This document shows, piece after piece, positions 7,022 through 15,672 of a stretch of DNA of 35,385 nt. The stretch's first letter is position 1. Each line of letters opens with the position of its first letter. The notes under the pieces were generated by a model. The model made no database searches. It worked only from the letters and a program-made list of their open reading frames with translations, and was not told where the DNA came from. Source of the DNA: Verrucomicrobiales bacterium (GTDB lineage Bacteria > Verrucomicrobiota > Verrucomicrobiia > Limisphaerales > JAYPXF01); assembly GCA_038154405.1 (NCBI GenBank), contig JAYPXF010000004.1, forward strand, positions 33,575-68,959, written 5' to 3'. The translations under genes were made by a program, and so were the position numbers.

Positions 7022-9988
7022 ATGGCCAAAGCCCAGATCAAGACCCTCTACCAACAAGCTCAACAAGGCGATCCCCAAGCTCAATACCAACTCGGCTATC
7101 TGCACACGCGGGGAGAAGGGGTGCCTTTGGACTATTCCATCGCGGCGGATTATCTCGAGAAAGCCGTTGCCAGCGAGCAGGCCGACGCGCAGTTCCTCCT
7201 GGGTGCTCTTTATCAACAGGGCAAAGGCGTCGCTGCCGACTACAAGAAGGCGGTCGATCTCTACCAAGCCGCAGCGGAAAAGAGTCACGCGCTGGCACAG
7301 TTCAATCTCGCATACTGTTATGAGATCGGTGAAGGCGTCGAAAAGAACATGCCCTATGCGGTCAAATGGTACCGCAAGGCCGCCGATCAGGGTGACGCCG
7401 ATGCCAAGGCTGCCTTGGAAGAACTCGCCAAGAACCAGGTGATCACCGATCCCGTCCCGGAGGAGGAACCGGAACCCGCGCCGGCAGCCGCACCTCCCGA
7501 GCCCGAACCGACTCCTGCGCCAGCGGCTGCTCCGACGCCGGCCCCCACCCCCGAACCTGAACCTGCCTCAGCACCCGCTCCCGCCATCGATCCCGGTCCC
7601 TCCCTCGCACCTGATCTGGATCCGGCTTTCCAGGAGACTGCACCTGCAGCAGCTGCCCCGGTCGAAACCTATCCCCCTTCGGGATCCACCGGCGATCCGA
7701 TGCCCGCCGCACCCGAACCGGCCGACCCGAACGCCAAACTCGTTGCGGACGCCGAAGGCGGCGATGCGGAAGCCCAGTTCAATCTTGGCATCGCCTTTGT
7801 GAACGGCGCCATGGGTGCGCCCGATTTTGAAAAGGCGGTTCACTGGATCCGCCAATCTGCCAACCAAGGACTTTCCAGCGCACAATTCGCACTCGGCGCC
7901 CATTACCATCGTGGTGAAGGCGTCGCGCAGGATTACATGCTGGCGGTCGAGTGGTATCGCAAGGCCGCCGTGCAGGGGAACGCCGAAGCCCAGTTCAATC
8001 TCGGTTACTGTTACGAAATCGGTGAAGGCGTCGCCCGCAACCTGGAAGAATCCGTTGCCTGGTATCGGCGTGCAGCTGAACAGGGCGACCACGAAGCAAG
8101 TGCCGCCTTGGAAGAGCTCTTGGAGGAAATGGGAACCGCTGCGCCACCTGCGGAACCGGAACCCGCAGCTTCCGAACCCGAGCCAGAACCGGTCGCAATG
8201 GCACCGGAACCGGAACCCGCCGTCGCCCCAGAACCCGAACCGGCACCAGAACCCGCCCCTGCTCCTGTCGCAGAAGAACCGATCGTCGTCACCGCACCAC
8301 CGGCACCGGAAGAATCCGAGCCGGAAGCGGAACCCGTTCAGCAGGCCGCGCCGGAACCCGAACTGCCATTGGAAGAGGCCGTTCCGACTCCGCCCGCAGC
8401 GCCGACCGTGGATTCGCGCCCGGAAGAAGCCGCCCCCGTTCCACCGCTCCCCCTCTCCGCAACCGACGTTGCGCCTTTCGAAGAATCCGAAACGCTCGAA
8501 CACGTTACTGAAGACGCGAGTCCGGAAGCGCTTTTCGAACTCGGCAAAAAGCACCTTGCCGGCAACGAGGTAGAGCAGGATCTCATCACCGGCGGCATGC
8601 TCGTACAACAGGCCGCCGAAGGCGGATTTGCCGACGCCCAATTCCATCTCGCCGAGCTCTGCCACAAGGGCGAAGGCGTCCCGCAGAACTTCGCCGAATC
8701 GATCGTCTGGTATCACAAAGCCGCCGATCAGGATCACAACCTCGCGCAGCACACCCTCGCCACCAAGTATGAGTACGGCGAAGGCGTTCCCCAAGATTAC
8801 GCCGCCGCCGCCCGCTGGTATCAACGCGCCGCCGACAAAGGCAATGCCGCCTCGCAATATTCCCTCGGCACGCTTTACGCCAAGGGGCAGGGAGTCGTGC
8901 AGGATCACGGCATCGCTTCCAATTGGTTCGCCCAGTCCGCCGCCCAAGGCAACGTCAGCGCGCAATACCGCCTCGGCCTCTGCTACCAGGAAGGCAACGG
9001 CGTCGATCAGGATTACGCCAAGGCCGCAAACAATTTCCGTTCCGCCGCCGACGAAGGTCACCTCGAATCCAAGTATCTACTCGGCAAGCTCTACCTCGAC
9101 GGTTCCGGCGTCACGCAGGACGACGGACAGGCCGTCGAACTCTTCCGCGCCGTCGCCGACAACGGCCATCCCAAGGCGCAGTTCATGGTTGGCTGGTGCT
9201 ACGAACAGGGCAAGGGCGTGGAACAGGATCTCCAACAGGCAACAGGTTGGTATCGCCAGGCCGCCGATCAGAACGAGCAGAACGGACAGTTCCGCCTCGG
9301 CTTCTGCACGGAACTCGGTCGCGGCGTGATGCAATCCCACCCGGTCGCCGCCGGTTGGTATCGCAAGTCCGCCGATCAGGGTCATGCCGAAGCGCAGGCA
9401 CGCCTTGGTCATTGCCTCGACCTCGGCTCCGGCGTCACCCAGGATCAGGCCGAAGCCGCCAGGTATTTCCGCCTCGCCGGCGAACAGGGCGTCGCCGAAG
9501 CACAGGCACGTCTCGGACAATACTTCGATCAGGGTCTCGGCGTGGATCAGGACCAGACTGAAGCGGTCAAGTGGTATCACCGTGCCGCCGAACAGGGCAT
9601 CGTCGGTTCGCAGGCGCGCCTTGGACAATTCTACGAATCCGGTGAAGTCGTGCCGCAGGATTACGCCGAAGCCGTCAGGTGGTATGAGTCCGCCTCCGAC
9701 GAAGCAGATCTCGATTCCCAGTATCGCCTTGGAAACTGCTACGAACTCGGCCGCGGGGCCGCACAGGATTATGTCACCGCTTACAAATGGTACAACCTCG
9801 CCGCCGCCCTCGGACACAAGCGCGCGCAGGAAGCCCGCGACAAGGTCGCCAGTCAGATGAATCCCTGGCAGATCACCGAAGGTCAGAAGGGCGCTTCCGA
9901 AGCCTACGCCGGCATGCGCGCCAAACTCGTCGCCAACAAGGACACCACCGACCGCCTCAAGCGCGCCCTTGGAAAACTCGGCGAGTGA
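7022..9988 (+). CDS. Large Sel1-like repeat protein with two Pro/Glu/Ala-rich linkers
   Basis: The likely start is ATG 7022 (MAKAQIK). Eighteen 36-aa repeats of type AQxxLGxxYxxGxGVxQDxxxAxxWYxxAAxQG in blocks of 3+3+12, separated by PEPEPAPAAAP low-complexity tracts. No signal peptide. Confidence 0.92.
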   Translation: MAKAQIKTLYQQAQQGDPQAQYQLGYLHTRGEGVPLDYSIAADYLEKAVASEQADAQFLLGALYQQGKGVAADYKKAVDLYQAAAEKSHALAQFNLAYCYEIGEGVEKNMPYAVKWYRKAADQGDADAKAALEELAKNQVITDPVPEEEPEPAPAAAPPEPEPTPAPAAAPTPAPTPEPEPASAPAPAIDPGPSLAPDLDPAFQETAPAAAAPVETYPPSGSTGDPMPAAPEPADPNAKLVADAEGGDAEAQFNLGIAFVNGAMGAPDFEKAVHWIRQSANQGLSSAQFALGAHYHRGEGVAQDYMLAVEWYRKAAVQGNAEAQFNLGYCYEIGEGVARNLEESVAWYRRAAEQGDHEASAALEELLEEMGTAAPPAEPEPAASEPEPEPVAMAPEPEPAVAPEPEPAPEPAPAPVAEEPIVVTAPPAPEESEPEAEPVQQAAPEPELPLEEAVPTPPAAPTVDSRPEEAAPVPPLPLSATDVAPFEESETLEHVTEDASPEALFELGKKHLAGNEVEQDLITGGMLVQQAAEGGFADAQFHLAELCHKGEGVPQNFAESIVWYHKAADQDHNLAQHTLATKYEYGEGVPQDYAAAARWYQRAADKGNAASQYSLGTLYAKGQGVVQDHGIASNWFAQSAAQGNVSAQYRLGLCYQEGNGVDQDYAKAANNFRSAADEGHLESKYLLGKLYLDGSGVTQDDGQAVELFRAVADNGHPKAQFMVGWCYEQGKGVEQDLQQATGWYRQAADQNEQNGQFRLGFCTELGRGVMQSHPVAAGWYRKSADQGHAEAQARLGHCLDLGSGVTQDQAEAARYFRLAGEQGVAEAQARLGQYFDQGLGVDQDQTEAVKWYHRAAEQGIVGSQARLGQFYESGEVVPQDYAEAVRWYESASDEADLDSQYRLGNCYELGRGAAQDYVTAYKWYNLAAALGHKRAQEARDKVASQMNPWQITEGQKGASEAYAGMRAKLVANKDTTDRLKRALGKLGE

Positions 9989-9994
9989 TTTCCG

Positions 9995-10069
9995 TGATCA
10001 GCAGACAGTAATCAGCAGGACCTGCATCCCCGCGCCGGCTCCTGATTACGGATCAGAGATCACTGACTA
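9995..10069. repeat. Heptamer-repeat palindrome, copy 1
   Basis: Left arm TGATCAG CAGACAG TAATCAG; right arm CTGATTA CGGATCA GAGATCA CTGACTA (10042-10069), with GTAATCAG/CTGATTAC a perfect complement. Similar to 30751-30823. Confidence 0.65.
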
Positions 10070-10086
10070 ATCCCCCACACTCACCA

Positions 10087-10608
10087 GTGAACAAACAAGA
10101 GCTACGCGACGAACTTCACAAGAAGGACGATAACCTGTTCCTTCACGCGATCGGCGTTTTTGCCGTCTGTCTCTTCGCCTACATCTTTCTCTATTCCTGC
10201 GACGCCCGCCTGCGCACCGGCAAAGGTCCGTGGTCCATCACCTTCGACACCACCACCAACGACACGCCGCGCATCGTGGTGAACCAACCCAACTACGGCA
10301 TCACCAACGTCACCCTCCTCTTCCCCGGTGAATCCGTCTCCCTCACCAACGGCGCCACCAACATCCTGTTCACCAATCCGAAGATCGAACTGCCCTTTGG
10401 CAAGATCCGCCACCACGATCTCTCTTATCAACCGGGCGTGATCACCATCCTCGCCTTCAACCACGAGATTGAGTTCATTCGTCGCGGCCTTTTCATCGAC
10501 CGCAGCGAAATCCCGTGGTCCGACGCAAAGACAATCTCGCTGGCGCCAACCAACCAGGCGCTGCCCCGACATCCAGAACGCAAGCGCACGAAGGATCTCG
10601 AGCAGTGA
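10087..10608 (+). CDS. Hypothetical membrane-anchored protein (single N-terminal TM, beta-rich extracytoplasmic domain, TN-rich)
   Basis: GTG start, 173 aa, TM segment LFLHAIGVFAVCLFAYIFLY, host-like C-ending codon bias, 7 nt before the AKR start. Confidence 0.75.
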   Translation: MNKQELRDELHKKDDNLFLHAIGVFAVCLFAYIFLYSCDARLRTGKGPWSITFDTTTNDTPRIVVNQPNYGITNVTLLFPGESVSLTNGATNILFTNPKIELPFGKIRHHDLSYQPGVITILAFNHEIEFIRRGLFIDRSEIPWSDAKTISLAPTNQALPRHPERKRTKDLEQ

Positions 10609-10615
10609 GCCGGAA

Positions 10616-11539
10616 ATGAACACCATCAAGCTCGGCTCCACCGATCTCGACATCTCACGACTCGCCTATGGATGTTGGCGGATCGCGCCGACCGAGGAAT
10701 TCGCGCGTAATGAGGGACGCGCTGCCCTGCTCGCAGCATTCGAAGCCGGATACAAGCTCTTCGATCACGCCGACATCTACGGGCAAGGTCGCGCGGAAGA
10801 AACGCACGGTCGCGTGGCGAATGAAGTCGCAGAATTCCGCAACAACACCCTCATCGCCACCAAGTGCGGAGTCTGTCGTCCCGACGATCCGCCAGGCACT
10901 CCCTATCGCTACAACAATTCCCGCGACCATATCCTCCGTTCCTGCGAAGCCTCGCTCCGTCGTCTCCAAGTAGAAACGATCGATCTCTATCAACTTCACC
11001 GCAGCGATTGGCTAGGCTCGTTCGATGAGATAGCCGAGGCATTCACGGAACTGAAAGAGTCCGGAAAGGTACGCCATTTCGGGCTCAGCAACTTCTCGCC
11101 TCAACGTATCGCCGCGATTCGCAGTGTCTGCCCGATGCCGATCGAATCCATCCAGATCGAACTGAGCCTCATGTGTCGCGCGCCCTTTGAGGACAGCACC
11201 TTGGACGATTGCCAGGTGGACAAGCGCACGCCCTTGGCTTGGAGTCCTTTGGCAGGCGGCAAACTCGCCGACGGCTCCCGCCGGGTCCTCGCCTCGCAGG
11301 AGTCCTACAATACCGACGCCGCATTGGGCGTGATCGACGAAATAGCGGGAAGAAAAGATACTTCCCGAGCCAATCTCAGCCTTGCCTGGCTCCTTCGTCA
11401 TCCGGCCAAAATCGTCCCGATCGTCGGCAGAGCGCAGCCCGATCGCATCCGTGCTGCCATCGACGCCCTCAATGTCGATCATTCCCGCGAAGATTGGTAT
11501 CGACTCCTCGAAGCCGCCCGAGACGAACGACTTCCCTGA
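10616..11539 (+). CDS. Aldo/keto reductase (YdhF-like)
   Basis: Start ATG 10616 (MNTIKLGSTDLDISRLAYGCWR). Catalytic tetrad in FDHADIYG, ATKCG and YQLHR, plus GLSNF and AWSPLAGG. Confidence 0.92.
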   Translation: MNTIKLGSTDLDISRLAYGCWRIAPTEEFARNEGRAALLAAFEAGYKLFDHADIYGQGRAEETHGRVANEVAEFRNNTLIATKCGVCRPDDPPGTPYRYNNSRDHILRSCEASLRRLQVETIDLYQLHRSDWLGSFDEIAEAFTELKESGKVRHFGLSNFSPQRIAAIRSVCPMPIESIQIELSLMCRAPFEDSTLDDCQVDKRTPLAWSPLAGGKLADGSRRVLASQESYNTDAALGVIDEIAGRKDTSRANLSLAWLLRHPAKIVPIVGRAQPDRIRAAIDALNVDHSREDWYRLLEAARDERLP

Positions 11540-11600
11540 TCGTCTCAGCCAATCTTAAGAAATCAGGCAACCGAAAACAAAAAACGGTCAGCAATTGCGA

Positions 11601-11628
11601 TAAACGAATTGCCCAACCGGGCCGATTT
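11601..11628 (+). promoter_or_regulatory. Putative sigma-28 (FliA/SigD) promoter
   Basis: TAAA-N16-GCCGATTT against the consensus TAAA-N15/16-GCCGATAA, about 45 nt upstream of a PAS/chemoreceptor pair and preceded by an A-rich tract. Confidence 0.6.
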
Positions 11629-11673
11629 CAGATTGGGCATCGGAATGCCACGGTGCCGCAATCGAAACGCAGC

Positions 11674-12231
11674 ATGACCATTCCGCAACCCAGTCCCACT
11701 CAGCGTGAGGTGTTTTTCGAGGATCACGAGATCATCGTCAGCAAGACCGATCCCAAAGGCCGGATCACCTATGCCAACGACGTATTCCAGCGGGTCGCCG
11801 GCTACACCGAAGCCGAACTGATTGGCCAACCCCACAACCTCATCCGCCATCCGGACATGCCTGCGGCCGTCTTTAAGCTGTTGTGGGACACCGTGATTGA
11901 TGGACGCGAGATCTTCGCCTACGTGAAGAACATGACCAGAAAGGGCGATCACTACTGGGTGTTCGCCCATGTCACCCCCAGCTACGACGAGAATGGCAAA
12001 CATTTCGGGTACCACTCCAACCGCCGCGTGCCCGGTCGCGACGCCATCGAACAGGTCACCCCACCCTACCAGACACTTCGTTCCATTGAGCTGAAAGCGG
12101 CCAATCCGAAGGACGGCACGCAGGCAGCGTTCGATCAGCTCGTCACCCTGCTTTCCGAACAGCAGACCGGTTACTCCCGCTTCGTCTTCCAACTCTCTGA
12201 AGAAACCCGGCTTTCCCATGCGCTCCGCTGA
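11674..12231 (+). CDS. Stand-alone Aer-type PAS sensor protein (CetB-like, probable FAD-binding)
   Basis: Start ATG 11674. Motifs IVSKTDPKGRITYAN, ELIGQPHNLIRHPDMP, LWDT, YVKN, GDHYWV and GYHSNRR are typical of Aer PAS domains. Overlaps the start of the MCP gene. Confidence 0.88.
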   Translation: MTIPQPSPTQREVFFEDHEIIVSKTDPKGRITYANDVFQRVAGYTEAELIGQPHNLIRHPDMPAAVFKLLWDTVIDGREIFAYVKNMTRKGDHYWVFAHVTPSYDENGKHFGYHSNRRVPGRDAIEQVTPPYQTLRSIELKAANPKDGTQAAFDQLVTLLSEQQTGYSRFVFQLSEETRLSHALR

Positions 12232-13408
12232 ACTTTCACTTTCACCATCCCGCCCGGTTCCCGACCTTTCCGGGGAATCCGCATACACTGTGCTTCAGGA
12301 GATCACCCGGATTTGCCAACGCGCCGCCAACGGTGATCTGGAAGCACGCATCTTGGACATTGATCCGGACACCGAACTCGGTCACTGCTGCCTCGCCATC
12401 AATCACCTGCTCGACATTGCCGACGCCTACGTCCGCGAATCTGCCGCCGCCATGTCCACCTGCGCCGCCGGCGAATTCCATCGTCCCATCCTCCTCCGCG
12501 GCATGCCCGGTGCCTAACGCAAGAGCGCCGTGGTCATCAACCGGGCCGCCGACAAGATGCGCCAGAGCGTCGAGCAGAACCAAGCCTTTGAAGCCGAACG
12601 CGAACGCGTCGCGGCCAACGTCAGTCGCTCTGCTGAATCGGTCGCCGACTCCGCCGGTCAGGTCGATTCCATCGCCAACACAATCAATGCCGATGCCGAG
12701 AAGACTCACAGCATGAGCGACAACGTCTCCCGCCTCGCCCAAGAAACCGCCAGCAACATGGCCGGAGTTTCCGCCGCCTGCGAAGAGCTCAACGCGACGA
12801 CATCCGAAATCGCCCGTCAAACACGCGAATCTGAAAACCTCACGCGCAAGGCTGTCGATGACGCCCAATCCGCGGACTCTACCGTCCATCGGCTCGCCGA
12901 AGCCGGATGCAAGATCCAGTCCGTCGTCGATCTTATTCAGAAGATCGCCGCCCAGACCAATCTCCTGGCGCTCAACGCCACCATCGAAGCCGCGCGCGCC
13001 GGCGAGCACGGCCGGGGCTTTGCCATCGTCGCCACCAAAGTCAAGGAACTCGCCCGCGACACCGCCAAGTCCACAGACGAGATCAACGCGCAGGTCGAAA
13101 ACATTCAGGCGGTCACTGAGAGTGTGGCCAAATCCATTGCGGGAATAGGCACGTCGATCCAGCAGTTCGACAAGAACGTAGAGAGTATCTCCAAGTCGCT
13201 TGACGAGCAGGCTCTGGCGACTTCGGAGATCTCCCGCAACATCACCGATGCCACCGGCAGCACCAACGAAATCTCCGAAAACATCCGCGGAGTCTCCGAC
13301 TCCGCCGCCACCACCCGCCAGGCCGCCGAAGTCCTCCAATCCTCCTCCGGCCACCTCAACCAGGCAGCCGCCACCCTCCGTAAGGAAGTTGAAGGGCTTT
13401 CATCATAG
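12218..13408 (+). pseudogene. Soluble methyl-accepting chemotaxis protein interrupted by an in-frame TAA (12515-12517)
   Basis: ORFs 12218-12517 and 12530-13408 are in the same frame ([18 protein letters not shown]). The N-part is HAMP-like (AANGDLEARI) and the C-part has the MCP hairpin [30 protein letters not shown]. No TM helix. Confidence 0.8.
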
Positions 13409-13468
13409 TCAGGCCGACTTGAACCGAGCTATCAGATCACCAGAGCTCGTTCAACATATGCGCCAGCA

Positions 13469-13593
13469 GTCTTGGACTGCGGCAGTCCCCTGCCGCTTTC
13501 CTTTGAGATTCCATTGTTGGTGAAGTGAGGACCGGGAACTCGGAATCCTTTTTGAGCACTAGACAGCGTAGCAGGAGCACCGCAGTCCAAGAC
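13469..13593. repeat. REP-like inverted doublet (REPIN-like) between convergent genes
   Basis: GTCTTGGACTGCGG (13469-13482) and CCGCAGTCCAAGAC (13580-13593) are perfect 14-bp inverted copies. The left unit has an internal hairpin GCGGCAG-TCCC-CTGCCGC followed by TTT; the right unit is a degenerate version. Confidence 0.75.
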
Positions 13594-13646
13594 GCTCACG
13601 CGGCTGCAGACCCGTCTGGTTCTCAAGAGTCTCCCACAGCGGAACG

Positions 13647-14933
13647 TTACTCGTGCCGCAATGCTTCAATCGGATCAAGATCGGCGGCTTGCGACGCGGG
13701 ATAGATGCCGAAAACCACGCCAACGGCACCAGAAATGCCAAAGGCGATGATGACGGACAGCGGGGTGATGATGGTCTTCATGTCGGCGAAGTGAGAGACC
13801 ATCACGGGAATGACCACACCGGCCACGACGCCGATCAATCCACCACCGACGGACAACACCACGGTCTCCACGAGGAACTGGGTGACGATGTCCTGCTTCT
13901 TGGCGCCCAACGCACGGCGGATGCCGATCTCGCGGGTGCGTTCAGTGACCGTCGCAAGCATGATGTTCATGATGCCGATGCCCCCCACGATCAGTGAAAT
14001 TGCTGCGATGGATCCGAGCACGATGTTGAAGATGCGCTTGGTCTGTTCGGCCTGCCGTAGCAATTCGATCGGCACGACAATTTCGTAATCCGCCTTGCTG
14101 TGGTTATTCTTCAGCAGGTCTTTGATCTGCGGCACAGCGACTTCGACCGCGTCCGTGGAATCGAACTGCACGGTGATCTGGTGCAACTCAACCTTCTCCG
14201 CCTGGTAACTTCCGGCGGACCGGCTGACGATGGTCTCACCAAAGCGCGCCTTAGCGGTGGCCAAGGGCACGTAGACATTTGCGTCGATGGTATCGCCTTC
14301 CGAATCACCGGCCTGCGGGCGTTGCTTTTCCAGGCCGGTCTCACGCACCAGCCCCACGACCTTGTAGCTGTCGCGCCCCATCTTGACCGCCTGCTCCAAG
14401 GGGTTTTCATAAGGGAACAGATTCTCCGCCAAACTGGTCGTCAACACACAGACGTTGTTGCGGTTGCGTTCGTCCATGTAGGACAGAAAACGTCCCTTCA
14501 CAATATCCATCGCGGAAATCTCCGGATACAGCGGATGCGTGCCGATGACCTGCACGGGAAACATCATCGTGTTGAAGCGCACCTCTTCCCGAATGATCCG
14601 CAAGGGCAACACCCACTTCACTCCGGGAATCGTTTCCCGGATCGCGTTCGCATCAACATAAGTGAGACCGTAGTCGTTGATGTAGTCCCGCTTGGCGGCA
14701 CCGGCGGATTTCTCCTGCGGCGGGTTGACGCTGCGCAAAATGATGTTGCTGCTGCCGAGTTTCTTGATGGCCTCCTGCGCCTCGTAGGAGGCGCCTTCAC
14801 CGATCGCCAACATGGCGATCACCGAGCAGACACCGAAGATGATGCCCAACATCGTCAGGCCGGAACGCATCTTGTGCAGCAGCAGGCTCTTGATGCCCAG
14901 CTGGACAATTCGAATGAGGGTCTTCAGTCGCAT
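13647..14933 (-). CDS. MacB/FtsX-family ABC transporter permease
   Basis: [13 protein letters not shown], a large periplasmic domain, [37 protein letters not shown] and [10 protein letters not shown]. Confidence 0.95.
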   Translation of the reverse strand: MRLKTLIRIVQLGIKSLLLHKMRSGLTMLGIIFGVCSVIAMLAIGEGASYEAQEAIKKLGSSNIILRSVNPPQEKSAGAAKRDYINDYGLTYVDANAIRETIPGVKWVLPLRIIREEVRFNTMMFPVQVIGTHPLYPEISAMDIVKGRFLSYMDERNRNNVCVLTTSLAENLFPYENPLEQAVKMGRDSYKVVGLVRETGLEKQRPQAGDSEGDTIDANVYVPLATAKARFGETIVSRSAGSYQAEKVELHQITVQFDSTDAVEVAVPQIKDLLKNNHSKADYEIVVPIELLRQAEQTKRIFNIVLGSIAAISLIVGGIGIMNIMLATVTERTREIGIRRALGAKKQDIVTQFLVETVVLSVGGGLIGVVAGVVIPVMVSHFADMKTIITPLSVIIAFGISGAVGVVFGIYPASQAADLDPIEALRHE

Positions 14934-14943
14934 CGGCCAGCGG

Positions 14944-15672
14944 TCAACCGATCTCGAACTCCTTGGCCACCTTCACCGGCGCGCGCTTGGTTTCCTCGCG
15001 ATGAACAACACCGTCCTTCATCACGATCTCGCGTTGCGCCCGTTCCGCGACCTCGTCACCATGCGTCACCAGCACCATCGTCTTGCCTTGGGAATGCAAA
15101 CGATCGAACAGGTCGAGAATCTCCACACCGGTTTTCGAATCGAGGTTGCCCGTCGGCTCGTCCGCCAGCACCAGCAACGGATCGTTCACCAGTGACCGGG
15201 CGATGGCGACGCGTTGTTGCTGACCGCCGGACAACTGCTTGGGACGGTGGTCGAGACGATCGCCCAAACCGACCAGTTCCGCCAACTGGCGGCAGTGGTC
15301 GTACTTGTCCGCCAAGTCAAGCCCCTGGTAGAACAAGGGTACGAAGATGTTCTCAATGACCGTGAGCTGCTGGATGAGATTGTAGGACTGAAAGACGAAA
15401 CCGAGCTTCTGCCCCCGGTAGGCACTCAGTTGGTCGTCATCCATGGTGGAGACATCCTTGCCGCCAAGGTAATATCGGCCGGAGGTGGCGCGATCGAGAC
15501 AACCCAGCATGTTCAACAGGGTGGACTTTCCCGAACCGGACGCACCCATGATGGCGACGTAGGAACCCTCTTCGATCGCCAGATTCACACCGTTCAAGGC
15601 ATGCACGTCCACATCCCCCATGTGGTACGTTTTGACGAGATTCTCGATCCGGATGATCTCGCGATTGCTCAT
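14944..15672 (-). CDS. ABC transporter ATP-binding protein (MacB/LolD-type)
   Basis: Walker [10 protein letters not shown], signature [13 protein letters not shown], Walker [14 protein letters not shown] 15672 overlaps the upstream stop (TGATG). Confidence 0.95.
   Translation of the reverse strand: MSNREIIRIENLVKTYHMGDVDVHALNGVNLAIEEGSYVAIMGASGSGKSTLLNMLGCLDRATSGRYYLGGKDVSTMDDDQLSAYRGQKLGFVFQSYNLIQQLTVIENIFVPLFYQGLDLADKYDHCRQLAELVGLGDRLDHRPKQLSGGQQQRVAIARSLVNDPLLVLADEPTGNLDSKTGVEILDLFDRLHSQGKTMVLVTHGDEVAERAQREIVMKDGVVHREETKRAPVKVAKEFEIG

Noticed and set aside
7460-8460. GAACCG/CCCGAA hexamer-like repeats as a CRISPR array or VNTR
   Set aside because: They are degenerate codon repeats of Pro-Glu/Pro-Ala linkers inside the Sel1 CDS, with no repeat-spacer structure.
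11560-11587. Weak 7-nt periodicity (AAATCAG GCAACCG AAAACAA AAAACGG) as a third heptamer element
   Set aside because: Too degenerate, with no complementary arm. More likely an A-rich upstream promoter tract.
11634-11649. TGGGCATCGGAATGCC as a possible sigma-54 promoter for the PAS gene
   Set aside because: Only the GG-N10-GC spacing fits and the flanks match poorly. The sigma-28 motif is the better explanation.
12515-12517. Programmed stop read-through or an alternative genetic code
   Set aside because: TAA terminates other genes in this window (e.g. the beta-barrel and the regulator) and is not a Sec/Pyl codon. Additional lesions favour pseudogenisation.
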